Shown: in pieces, positions 12,628-23,973 of the stretch
How positions within the stretch are numbered: position 1 is the stretch's first letter
Layout: each line of letters opens with the position of its first letter
Source of the DNA: Pavona decussata
Taxonomy: Eukaryota
NCBI GenBank assembly: GCA_977016875.1
Contig: CDRNST010000144.1
Location: forward strand, 7,316,001 to 7,380,000
Length of the DNA: 64,000 bases
Direction: 5' to 3'
Program-made: the position numbers and the translations under genes
Notes under the pieces: model-generated
Databases searched by the model: none
The model's input: only the letters and a program-made list of their open reading frames with translations
Told to the model about the DNA's origin: nothing

Positions 12628-14157
12628 TTGCATGGGTTTAAATTGGCACCCACAGGCACTCAGTTCATGGCAACAGATATGAACAATTACAAGTCAGCTA
12701 CCAATGTATCTGTCAAAGCAGTAGTTGAGCAGACTATTGCTGGGGAGGTCGCAGAGGGCAATTATGTGGTTACCTCTACTAAACCGGCTATTATTAGTGC
12801 ACTTGGCGCAATTCCTAAGCCTGATTCTTCAGAAGTTCGCTTAATTCACGATTGCTCTCGCCCGCACGGCCAAGCGCTAAATGATTACATAAGTACTTGC
12901 TCTTTTAAATTTCAAACTTTGGATGATGCAGTACAGCTTCTCAAGCCTAATTATTTTATGGCAAAAATTGACCTGCGCCACGCCTATCGTTCTGTCCCTA
13001 TTCGCCCCAGTAATTTTGCAGCCACCGGTCTCAAATGGCAGTTCGAAGGGGATGATGATTTTACATATTTTTATGACACTCGTTTGCCATTTGGAGCAAA
13101 AAGTTCCCCAGAAATTTTCCATCGTCTCACGCAGGCCGTTCGTAGGATGATGGCACGACGTGGCTTCAACGCAGTCGTGGTTTATCTTGACGATTTTTTG
13201 GTGATTGCCCCTACACAGCAAGCCTGTCAGGTTGCCTATTCCACTCTGTTGCAGTTGCTTCAAGATCTTGGCTTTACTATCAGCTGGCGCAAGGTGGTTG
13301 GCCCTACGCAGAAATTGGTTTTTCTTGGAATTGAACTGGACACCCAGCAGTGTACGATGGCCCTTCCACCCACCAAACTTGCTGAACTCCATGATGTTGT
13401 GCACAGGTTTTTGACTAAGCGAAGAGCGAACAAACAGCAACTACAGCAACTTGCTGGCAAGTTAAACTGGGCATGCCGTGTAGTCTATGGGGGTCGCACA
13501 TTTTTACGACGAGTAATTGACATGATGAATTCCCTTCCCTCTTCCTCGGCACAGCTACGCCTCTCTGCTGACTTCTCTCAAGACCTGAAGTGGTGGTACT
13601 CCTTCCTAACAATCTTTAATGGCCAGCATCCCTTCCTCAGCACTCAGCCCATCACAGATGTGGACACTGATGCCTGCCAGCTAGCTGCCGGTGCCTTCTA
13701 CAGAGGGGACTGGCTGTACCATTACTTCATGCTCGATTCCCCTGCATATGCTGATTTGCATATCAGTCATAAGGAAGTCCTTGCTCCAATTTTTGCTGCT
13801 TTTCGCTGGGGCCACCTGTGGAAAAACCAGCATGTTATTATTCACTGTGATAATGTAGCTGCAGTTCATATTATCAATAAAGGCACTACTGCCCACCCAC
13901 TTATTATGTGTCTTCTAAGAAAACTGTTTTGGCTCTCGGCTATTTATAACTTAAGGTTCACAGCAGTATACATTAAGGGTGAACTCAACACCATTGCCGA
14001 CGCCGTTTCTCATTTACACCAGCCAGATAAATGCCTGGCCTTCTACCGTCACCTCCTACTGGATCATCCCAACCCACAGGTTGATTCTACACTGCTGGTG
14101 CATCACATGTCCCTAAACAGTTGCAATTTCCTCTTTTCCAGGCTTGCGGGATCCTGA
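12628..14157 (+). CDS. Ngaro reverse transcriptase / RNase H, open frame
   Basis: KIDLRHAYR, LPFG, YLDD. RNase H motifs DTDAC, KE, CDN, NTIADAVS. True start may lie slightly upstream. Confidence 0.93.
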   Translation: MHGFKLAPTGTQFMATDMNNYKSATNVSVKAVVEQTIAGEVAEGNYVVTSTKPAIISALGAIPKPDSSEVRLIHDCSRPHGQALNDYISTCSFKFQTLDDAVQLLKPNYFMAKIDLRHAYRSVPIRPSNFAATGLKWQFEGDDDFTYFYDTRLPFGAKSSPEIFHRLTQAVRRMMARRGFNAVVVYLDDFLVIAPTQQACQVAYSTLLQLLQDLGFTISWRKVVGPTQKLVFLGIELDTQQCTMALPPTKLAELHDVVHRFLTKRRANKQQLQQLAGKLNWACRVVYGGRTFLRRVIDMMNSLPSSSAQLRLSADFSQDLKWWYSFLTIFNGQHPFLSTQPITDVDTDACQLAAGAFYRGDWLYHYFMLDSPAYADLHISHKEVLAPIFAAFRWGHLWKNQHVIIHCDNVAAVHIINKGTTAHPLIMCLLRKLFWLSAIYNLRFTAVYIKGELNTIADAVSHLHQPDKCLAFYRHLLLDHPNPQVDSTLLVHHMSLNSCNFLFSRLAGS

Positions 14158-15186
14158 TTTGGCCAAGGAGCTCCTAGCAGAGGTGTACCATTACCGTTTC
14201 CACACATTTGCCGTCAACACTAAAGCCACATATCGTACTCACCGTACCAGTTATCTCCGATTTTGTTCACGCATGGGCTATCCGCCTCTCCCCGCTCAGT
14301 CTGCGCACCTTTGCCAGTATGCAGCCTTTTTGGCAAGATCCCTCAAGCCTTCATCAATTCCTGGCTACATCAACATTATTGGTGTGCTCCATAAGGAATT
14401 TAATCTGCCCAATCCCCTCAAGGATAATTGGCCTTTACAGTCCCTCCTTACTGGCATTAGACGGGTTAACGGGGAACCTCCTTCCCAGAAGCTACCTATA
14501 ACGCCTGACCTGTTGCTGCAAATTCATTCTCAACTCAACTTGCGCTCTAGTATTGATGCCTCCTTTTGGGCCATTTGTTTGGTGTCCTTTTATGGCATGC
14601 TTCGTAAAAGCCATCTCCTTGTTAAATCTCCTGGGTCCCTGGACTCCTCCCAGCAGCTTTTACGGTCAGATTTTCACACCTATTCCTGGGGCTCCCTGGT
14701 TACTATTCGCTGGAGCAAAACAATCCAGTTTCGTGAGCGGGTGGTACAACTTCCCCTTCCTGCTATCCCTGGGTCTCCCCTCTGCCCAGTGCTGGCCATT
14801 AAACGTGCATGGTATTTTACAGGCAATGCACCTCCCAACTCCCACGCTTTTGCATATTTAAATTCACCTGACCTGCAATTAAAAGTTTTTTCTTACCCTT
14901 TGTTCCTCCGCAAACTACGTGCAATTCTTCAGTCCTTGAATCTCCCAGGCAAAGATTATGCCTGCCATTCATTCCGCAGGGGGGGGGGGGGGCTTCCTTT
15001 GCTTTTCAAGCGGGTGTGCCTATAGAGCTCATCAAGATGCTGGGTGACTGGCATTCGGATGCCGTGCTCCTATATCTTACTGTGCCACTCACCATTAGAT
15101 TACAATCATTTAATGTTATTGCCAAGGCTATAATCAACAATAATTCCTCCACTCTACCACCTCCACAGTTTGGGTTTGGAGTGTAA
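14144..15186 (+). CDS. Ngaro tyrosine recombinase, frameshifted in a poly-G run
   Basis: GMLRKS, SKT, HSFRRGG. After the G-run (about 14979-14992) another frame gives ASFAFQAGVPIELIKMLGDWHSDAVLLYL, ending at TAA 15186. Confidence 0.9.
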
Positions 15187-16093
15187 TTTAGTCAAGTTTA
15201 GATTTTATATGGAATGTTAATTATTAACATAGTATCAATAAAGGCTGTCTTAGTCCCAAACTTGCGTGTTTTCATGGCTTGTGGTTTAGGGGTAGCATCA
15301 GCTCAGTTGATGCCCGTCTAAATCTCAAACATGGGGTATGGGACTCAGACAGTCTTAGTACCACGCTATTACAGGTTTCATTGTTCCTTGTATTTTTACT
15401 GTCTCTAGCAAGTCACGTGAGATAGTAGGTACTAGACAAGTACAGCGTGCTAGTTTAAGTACTATTGCCTAATAATCTGGACTAGGAGCTGTGTTAGCTT
15501 TTTCCAGGTCACTTGCTTATTGCTATCGCTAGCGTGCATGCAGTACAACTTAGTAGTTGATTAGAAGTAGTTTTCCCTCCCCGCCCTCCCGGATATCTTG
15601 ATTTTCCATATACTATTGTAGCTTATCTACCTGTTCTCACGTATTATACATAGACAGCCGGGTGCATCGTGTTTTATTGTTAATTGTCTTTCTTGATTTT
15701 ATATTGTCTTAATTTGTTTTGCTGGAGTGTAATTTAGTCAAGTTTAGATTTTATGTGGAATGTTAATTATTAACTTAGTATCAATAAAGGCTGTCTTAGT
15801 CCCAAACTTGCATGTTTTCATGGCTTGTGGTTTAGGTGAAACAAAACGTATAACGTCACAAAGAAAAGTGATTGACAATTGCTTTGAACAGTCAACAGGC
15901 TTCTCGCCGACTGTAGTTTCTCATTTTTATAGCTATTAAACATAACTAAGCTTGTGTACAGGGTATTTGTGAATTGTCATTTGCTTATTATTGAGATACA
16001 CCTGTACTTATTTACGGATTTCAGTTCTATTTATTACATTAAAATTGTCATAATAATTGTTATCCTTTTATGAACTCAAATCGTATATTAAAA

Positions 16094-16281
16094 GGGTTAG
16101 AGACTGTTAGTTCGTGTTTTGTTTACAAATACACGCACTTGCTGACTGTACAATGAACTCGAACTTTTCAATACTGCACTCGGCCTAAAAAGGCCTTGTG
16201 CAGTATTGAAATTTCTCGTTCATTGGAAAGTCAGCGCATGCGTGTATTTGTAAACAAAACACTCACAACAGTCTCTAACCC
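16094..16281. repeat. 188-bp palindrome (Crypton-type terminal hairpin)
   Basis: GGGTTAGAGACTGTT...AACAGTCTCTAACCC, centred on GCACTCGGCCTAAAAAGGCCTTGTGC. Confidence 0.9.
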
Positions 16282-16624
16282 ATAAATAATGAAGGGCAAA
16301 AAGGTGTAATTAATGAAACAGCCTCTGATGAAGCCGTGAGATGCAATTAATTTGATTGACATTTTCTCTATTAGCACAGTGATCAGCTACATTAGTTTAG
16401 GCAACAGAGCTCTTGTTTCAGTTCATATAGAACCCTTTACCTTGAAGTACTTAGAAGCCAGATTCACGTAGATAATCAAGACCTGCAGACGTTGTTGATC
16501 GCTTCGATATATAAGGAAACCAAAAGAATAGGAATAAAGAAATTTTGTTCATCCTATATTGGTCTGGTAAATATTGACTGTGCGTAGCCAACCCAGGGAC
16601 TGAACATTTGATCCATCAATCTAA

Positions 16625-19268
16625 CTTTAAAGTGAACTATTTCAAACAGCTTGTGACTCTTAAAACTAGAGATTCGGGTACTTTGGACTGGTTCTTTACT
16701 AACAGGCCTACGCTTTTCACTGTATCTCAGGTACCTAAACTTTCATCCTCGGATCATTACACTATACTATACCTCTAACAGCGGTCAACAAGATCAGCAC
16801 ACGTGATATGCGGGATAGTGCCTGGCGCGTGCTGGGGCGGTGGATGACACAAAAGGACTGGTCCTCAATTCTCAGTGCTTCTTCATGCGAAGAAAAATTC
16901 AAGATGTAAATGTCAGATCTTAATACAGCTATTGATACGTTCCTTCCCTTTAGAGTAACCAGGAAACACCCAACGGACTGCCCATGGATTACACCCAAGA
17001 TCAAAATTTGGATCCAAAGGCGCCAATCCGTATTTATTCTTCAAGGAACCGCCGACCGGTTAGCTCAGCTGGTAGAGTGCCGGACTACCCTGTGGGAGGT
17101 GGAGGGTGCAAACCCCGGCCGGACCACCACTTAGGGTCTTTAAATAACTGAGGAGAAAGTGCTGCCTTTGCTCTGACATCTGCAAATGGTAAGACTTTCT
17201 AGTCTTCTCGGAAAAGGACGATAAACCGTAGGCCCCGTCTCACAAACCTTGTTTGTAAATAACTCTGTGGAACGTTAAAGAACCCTCTCACTGTTCGCAA
17301 AGAGTAGTGGACGTAGTTCCCGGTGTTGTGGTCTTGTCTTTGAGCGTATATCATCATGGTTGGGTAGGAAAATGCTTGGAGATAAAGATTGATGATGATG
17401 ATGAAGGAAAGAACTCAATGGCTTTTCGACTATGGAGAAACAAGGTGCAAAGAGGTATTAAAGCTGCTAAATATAATTACTATCACAACAAGGTAGCCCA
17501 AGTGGAACAAATCAATCCCGCTAAGTAGTGGAGGGAGATAAAGAAGCTTACAGGAAAAGACATTCAACTGGAATGGTACCACCAGTTTCTTAGCAATAAC
17601 ATGGACATTAAATCCTTAGCAAATAAGATCAACAAGTTTTTTGCAAAGCTCACCGATCATTTTCCACCCCTGTTCCTAGGAGCCCCACTTCTATTTGTCC
17701 CACATGAATTTCTCGTCTCTAAAGGTGAAGTCTATAGATCTTTATCCTCCGTTTAAGTGGCAAAGGCAGTTGGGCGCGACAACATTCCAAACAAGATATT
17801 AAAGGACTTTGCTCCAGAGTTGGCTCCCATCATCCAAGATATTTATAACCAGTCACTAAAGGAGGGGTACACCCCATCTCTCCTTAAGTCGCCCATTGTT
17901 ACTCCTATTCCCAAGGTGACCCCTCCTAGGACCATCGAAAGTGACCTTACGCGGATATCCCTCACCTGCACGCTACCTAAGGTCATGGATGGTTGTTTGC
18001 AGCGGACTGCTATCACAGTTGGATCGTAAAATAGACCCCCGCCAATATGCCCGCAAGGGGCATTCAACCACAGATGCCCTCCTATATATGTTGCAGGCCA
18101 TCTACGAAACAGTTGACAGCAGTGACGCGGGTGTCCCGATCTTCTTTGCAGACTTTTCTAAAGGCTTTGACCTAATTGACCACGTCATCCTAATGGAGGA
18201 GCTCGGTAAATTGAATGTTCATCCCATGCTCCTAACCTGGACCTCTGCATTCTTGACCAACTGACAGCAAGCCGTTAGAATTCGAGGAACTTTATCTGAT
18301 TGGAAAACACTGAAAGGAGGAGTACCCCAAGGGACTAAACTGGGAGTCATATTCTTTATGGTCGTGACGAATAAGTTGCTGTCCGACTGGCATTTAAGGA
18401 TCAAGTTCATGGATGGTACGTCAGCTCTGGAAATCATACCTAGGAACTCTATAAATTTTCTGAACACTGCTTTATCTGATGTCCATAATTTTGCAGTGGC
18501 CCCTAATATGAAGTTAAATCCAATTCAGTGTAAAGAAATGTTTATCAATTTTTTACATAACTCAAATTTTTTGCTAAAACCAATCATAATAGGCGATAAT
18601 GTGATAGAACGTGTTACAAGTTACAAGATTTTGGGAGTTTTCAAGGACAGTGACCTCAAGTGGAATAGCCACGTCGAGTACATTTTAAAGAAGGCTTGTA
18701 ACAAAATGTATTCCTTAAGAGTATTGCGTAGAGCAGATGTTAATTATGCCAACATCCTGAAGGTATATTTAACCAAACTCAGACAGGTCCTGGAATATGC
18801 AGTACCAGTGTGGCAGTCTATTTAGGGTTACCTGTCTGATGTAATCGAGGCAGTCCAAAGAAGAGCATTAAAAATGATTTTCCCAGAGGCTGAGACTTAC
18901 ACAGAGGCCCTCCAGCTGGCTCAATTTAACAACACTGGCTGCTAGGAGAGAGTACTTGTGTGTTAAGTATATGGATGAAATGAAGCAAAGTGATCACTCC
19001 CTAGTCCACTTACTACCGAAACCCGTTGTTAATAGCTGGCATTATGATTTAGGGACAACCCCGCAGCAATTTTACTTGTTCAAAAACTTAATTAATTGTA
19101 GAACCAGGAGAGCGGAGGAATTTTTTACATTTAAATATTTCAATTAGTTAGTTGTTAGTATTATTAGATTAGTTTATTTATTTCATTATATGTTGTAAAT
19201 TTAGCTGTTAATTCAGTTCTATTCAACTGCCAGAGAGTTTTGATAAACTTAAACTTACTTACTACTTA
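16625..19268 (+). mobile_element. Degenerate CR1/L2-group LINE (end of endonuclease, RT, 3' tail)
   Basis: LDWFFTN..SDH; FADFSKGFDLIDH; GVPQGTKLG; KFMDG (decayed YxDD); LEYAVPVW; short-repeat tail ACTTACTTACTACTT. Confidence 0.88.
17049..17403 (+). mobile_element. tRNA-derived SINE with Deu/Nin-type central domain and (GAT)n tail
   Basis: A box TAGCTCAGCTGG, B-box-like GGTGCAAACCC, central GGACGATAAACCGTAGGCCCCGTCT and GGAACGTTAAAGAACCC..AAGAGTAG. TSD AAGGAA at 17043-17048 and 17404-17409. Confidence 0.9.
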
Positions 19269-19269
19269 A

Positions 19270-22200
19270 AGAAACCATTACAGTCAACGAGGGTTTAGCG
19301 AACACTAAGACTGAACTCAATTGACAAGAAATTTGCACGACTTGAGTTATGAACTGAAATAGCAATGGATTCCGATCATAGCAAAGAAGTTAAAACATTT
19401 GAAGATACACATGCTGACAGTGAAAAGGGTAAAGAACCCCTCACGTTGAAACCGAGGAATGCAAAGAACGATCGGAACGTGCCAGCAGAAACCGCACCAA
19501 AAAGGGCTTAGAATTTGACTTAGGAAGCACTACAAAGAAAAAGGAAAGAGCGGCGCAAGATGTCTGAGCCCACATAAAGGCGACCTATGAAACGTTAAGA
19601 GATCTAGTGGATCTAGTGAACCTTAATGCCTGCAAGGATGGTTTAGAGGCTAAATAAAACAACTTCAAGATCACTCATGAAAACGTGTCTGATCTGTTAA
19701 TTAGATTAGAACAAAATGAAAGAGACCAAAAGGAATATGACGAATACTTCAACTTGAGTAATGCCGCATTAGAATGTTTGGCAAACATCAAGGTGAAAAT
19801 AATGGATCTAGAAATTGAAAGAGTTGACCTCATCTTGTAAAGATCACAGGGCTCTAAGAAGTCTGTGTCCGTTCGGTCATCTTCGACCTCCTCTTCTAAG
19901 CACGCAGCAATCGAAACTGCTCTAAAAAGGCGCCAGGAAATCCACAGTCAGTGAGATGACTTGAAAAGACAAGAAAAGGAGCTTGAACGCTTGAACGAAC
20001 AAGTGGAATTGGAAGGAGAACTTACCGCGGCTGAAGCAATTCAGAAAATACTCCAAGAATCCGAATTGAATGACACCATCACTCTACAAGAAGCATCAAA
20101 CTTCGTCAACCCTACAGGAGAACAAAGACAACCAAGAATTTCTGAAAGTGTTCCTAACGAAATTAGAATACAGAAAGTCAAGGGTGATGTCCCCGTTGTT
20201 CCCACTGCAATGCCTTCTCAATCACGCGATGTGAGTACGAGTACGACCTTTGTTCCCCAAGAGCTCGTCCAATTGGCGATGAAGACCGAAACCCCCGAGC
20301 AACACTATTCACAAATTTGGCGCATTCAGAAAGAGAACGCTGAAATTCAGAAAGCACAAGTCGAACTGCTACGAAGGATGACCAGTCCAGTGCTGAAGCC
20401 CCCAGTTTTTGACCAAAACATTTTAGAGTATCCAAAATGGGAAAATACCTTTGACGCGTTGATGAAAGACCAAGTTGTTCTTCCCAATTACAAGCTTTAT
20501 TATCTTTGTGAATACACGAGTGGTGCGGCGCAAAGAACAATCAGCGGTCTTGTTAGGACTGAGGACAGAAGACGCCAATAAAAGAGCTAGAAAAACACTG
20601 AAAGGATGTTTTGGAGACCCCTTCAGAATCTATGAAACTTACCGAGAGAAACTGGTCGCCCTGTGTAACCAGCAAAGAACTCCAAGAATTTAGCTATTTT
20701 CTCGTCATGACTTAAGTAACCATGAAGTCCATCAAGTGCCTAAAAGAACTCGAGTCACTCCACAATTCGAGAACTTGCAGCTCGCTCACCCACTTACCAC
20801 AGTAACAAGTGGAAAGAAAGTGCAAAGAAAGTTGAGGCGAAGTACGGTGAATACACCTTCGGGAAATTCCGTTGAGTTTACACAAGAGGCATCCATTGAC
20901 GCCAATCATCCTGTTTTCTAGCCTGATGCTCTGATCTCAACTAGGGAAGACCTCGGGAGAGAAAGAACCTCCCCTAACAATAAGACAAGATGGCACCCCG
21001 AGAGTGGAGATTAGAAGAGGCGATGTAGCACCACCCTTTTGAATCAGGACGACGATTCCTTGAGTAAAGACCACACAGACACAATTATGTGTTTGTTGTG
21101 TTAGTGGACACAGTCTCATGACGTGCAAAGACTTCCTAGAAAAATCAGTCAAAGAAAGACAAGACCTCTGCATGTCTAAGGGATTATGCTTCCCGTCTTG
21201 GCCAATGCCACACAGCAAGACACTGCAAATGTAAAACCCAGTGCGAGTTGTGCAAGAAGCCACACGCAACCGTTCTCCATCGTTTCCCACCCGAAGGCAA
21301 AAACGAAGTTAGCACGAAGGAAACCGTCAAAGCCACAAATAATTGCACGAAGTGTAGCGACACTGTGTCACCTGCAGAAGGCTAAGAGCAAAGGTCCAGG
21401 AGCAGAAAATGGCGGATCTTCCTGCAGACAGGCTATCACCCAACCCTCCTTTCACATACTGTGGAGTGGACTATTTTGGGCCTTGGTACGTGAAAGAAGG
21501 ATGCAAAAAACTCAAGTGATATGGAGTCCTACTCACCTGCCTAGTCACAAGAGCAATTCATCTAGAACTGGCCAACTCCATGGAAACAGACTCGTATATT
21601 AACGCCCTTCGCTGCTTCATATGCAGACGTGGCCTTGTGCGCCAGATGTGTAGCGACAATGGGTCAAACTTCATTGGAGCACCAAGAGAACTTAAGAAAG
21701 TGCTAGCCGAAATGGACTGGGTCAAAATTAAATTTAACATCCCCTCCGCCAGCCACATAGGTGGAATCTGGGAGCGCCAAATTCAAACGGTGAGAAGTGT
21801 GCTCTCAGCTCTAATGGAAAGAAACGGCCAGCAAATGAACAATGAAGCCCTACGAACCTTCATGTGTGAGGCAGAGGCAGTGGTTAACAGTCGACCGCTA
21901 GTATCAGAAAGCATTACCGCACCAGGCTTGGCAGAAGCACTCACTCCAAATCACTTCCTAACTTTCAAGACAAAGGTAGTTTTGCCTCCACCAGGAGTAT
22001 TCAAGTCTGCCGACCTCTATTCAAGGAAATGGTGGCGACGGGGGCAACACCTTACCAATGAATTCTGGTGCCGAAGGGAAAAGGAATTTCTCCTTTCCTT
22101 GCAGGAGTGGCAGAAGTGGACTGGCCCAAGGAAAAACCTTCAAGTGAATGACATTGTCATCGCCAAGGAGGATGACATCCCTAGGAACCAGTGAAGAGTT

Positions 22201-22290
22201 TGCCGTGTCGCTGAAGCTCTGCCGGACGAAGATGGATAAGTACGTAAAGTGAAACTGGAAGTTGGCAGTCAAAACAAGAGGAATAGTAAA
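19270..22290 (+). mobile_element. Internally deleted BEL/Pao LTR retrotransposon (gag and integrase only)
   Basis: Gag PPVFDQNILEYPKW..KLYYL and Cys knuckles. Integrase MADLP..RL, GVDYFGP, SDNGSNF, GGIWERQI, LTPNHFL plus DUF5641-like tail. No protease/RT/RNase H and no LTR seen. Confidence 0.9.
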
Positions 22291-22399
22291 TAAAAAACGC
22301 AGTAAAATTACGTTAACTTGTGATTTGGCGCCAATCTTGTTGAGAAGGCTAGGAAGATGGATCCCTTGTGGCCATATGCGAGTTCCAGTGCTCCTTATA

Positions 22400-23973
22400 T
22401 GCCATATATGCCATTAAGAGCGATGGCACCAGATACAAGAAATTATTTTGGTCAGCAAGAAGTCACCTTCAGTCAACCAACGTTTGATTCTTATTAATTC
22501 AGTCATGGCTACAGCGGCGGCTCTTCCTCAACGGCTTCACTTGGAGAAGAAACGTATAAGAGCCAGTCTCCAAATCAGTCCAATCTGTCCAAGAAAGACG
22601 ACAAGTGGACCAACAAATAGCAGAAGTACTTGGTACAATTATGCCCTAAGAAGCTGGATACGCTTAACAGCAAGGATGCGAGAAATGTTTGGCGTGCAAT
22701 TGCCGAGGCGATTGACAACAAGTTCGCAACCAACAAGACGATGGATAAGTGTGCATGAAAAATTAAGTACCTAGTTGACGCCTACAAAGAAAAGATAGAG
22801 TGGAACAGAAATCAAACCGGTGGCAACTTGCGAAAATCTGTTTTCTACAAAGAAATCAATGCCGTCCTGGGTTATCATGACGCGAGCCTTAGGCACGTTC
22901 AAGAAGCGGGCGATTCTCCGTCAACAACATCATGTTCAGCAGATAGCGAAAGCCCCTTGGATATATCTGCTGGGTCCAGCATCGAGAAAGAGCCAAAGGA
23001 ATCAGCTTTGCCACTGAGATCCCACCTGGAAAGAAAGAAAGGTCAGGGCAAAAGGAAGAGAAAACCAGAAGATGCCAACAGAGAAGTGGAAGGGCACTTC
23101 AAACATGCTTACGATGAGATCAAATCCTAAGCAGAACGTGTTGTGACGTCGATGGAAAAAATGTAAGAGATGCAAATGCAGCAGATGAAAATGATAAACC
23201 AATTTATGGGGAATTTTCTCCAGGCATTTAAGGACAACAGTAAAAGGTCAAATGTACTCTCTTTAATCTAGCTATGATATGCGTTTTATGATATTTATAA
23301 TATGCATGTGCAAGGGTTCTGTTACTGTTTTTGTTACTGTATAGTACAAGATGAAGCTGTATTCACTTCCACGCTGAAGAAAATTATTTGATTTGTGTTC
23401 AAATAAAATGAAGAAAGTCTCGGGTTCGGGAAGGTAACCACAAAAACGGAAACCAATTAAGCTTGTCACTGTTCAGTAAAACATTTACAAAGAAGATATA
23501 TTTTCTTTTAAAACCTCTCTTATATTATCTCCATCTTGCATTACATTCGTATCATCATTCTCGCCATCATCGTCATCATTTTCATCACTGTCATCCCAGT
23601 GGTCGCTGTTCCTGATCCAGAAATTATGAAGTACCGCGCAGGCAATTGCAGTCTTGACTGCAAAGTTCATATTACTGTCGAAAAGCTTTGCTAAAACCCT
23701 CCATCGGCTCTTTAAAATACCAAAGGCCCATTCAACTGACACTCTGGCAGCGGTTAGCTCTCCATTCAAGGAAATCTCGCCTTGATCTGTAGTTGCTTCG
23801 GAAAAAGGTTTTGTAGCCATGGTCCAAGGGGATAAGCGCTATCCCCAACAGGATGGGCATGGCCTCTGGTTAAGCAATCAAACACTTTCGTTCAACATCG
23901 TGTTTTTTGCGCAGAACATGGGGTGGCTAAATAAGCAACCAGTGTTTGATCAAACATTGAACAAAGTGAGCCC
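22400..23973. mobile_element. PIF/Harbinger remnant with convergent Myb/SANT-like gene (+) and DDE nuclease (-)
   Basis: Plus strand 22505-23240: degenerate trihelix/Myb-like protein (KIKYLVDAYKEK..WN..TGG...FYKEINAVLG). Minus strand 23485-23850: VGDSAYPL, RVSVEWAFGILKSRW, ACAVLHNF. Confidence 0.85.

Larger units (their letters stand above)
10945..15835 (+). mobile_element. Full-length Ngaro-type (DIRS order) YR retrotransposon with split direct repeats A1-ORFs-B1-A2-spacer-B2
   Basis: A1 10945-11224 matches A2 15290-15569 (280 bp). B1 15177-15289 matches B2 15723-15835 (113 bp). Contains gag, RT/RNase H and YR ORFs. No TSD. Confidence 0.95.
10703..16290 (+). mobile_element. Non-autonomous Crypton-type element, interrupted by Ngaro
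   Basis: First exon MAPRFAQVGEKEIPQIISDSIPTNTKRQTAWSVSIFK|GT resembles the N-terminus of Crypton/DUF3504-type YRs. Long terminal palindrome at 16094-16281. Boundaries approximate. Confidence 0.68.

Noticed and set aside
12877-13440. 187-aa antisense ORF within the Ngaro RT
   Set aside because: Shadow ORF of a GC-richer coding region with no recognisable motif.
17049-17130. tRNA gene
   Set aside because: It is the head of a SINE, followed by a core domain, tail and TSD, with a degenerate B box.
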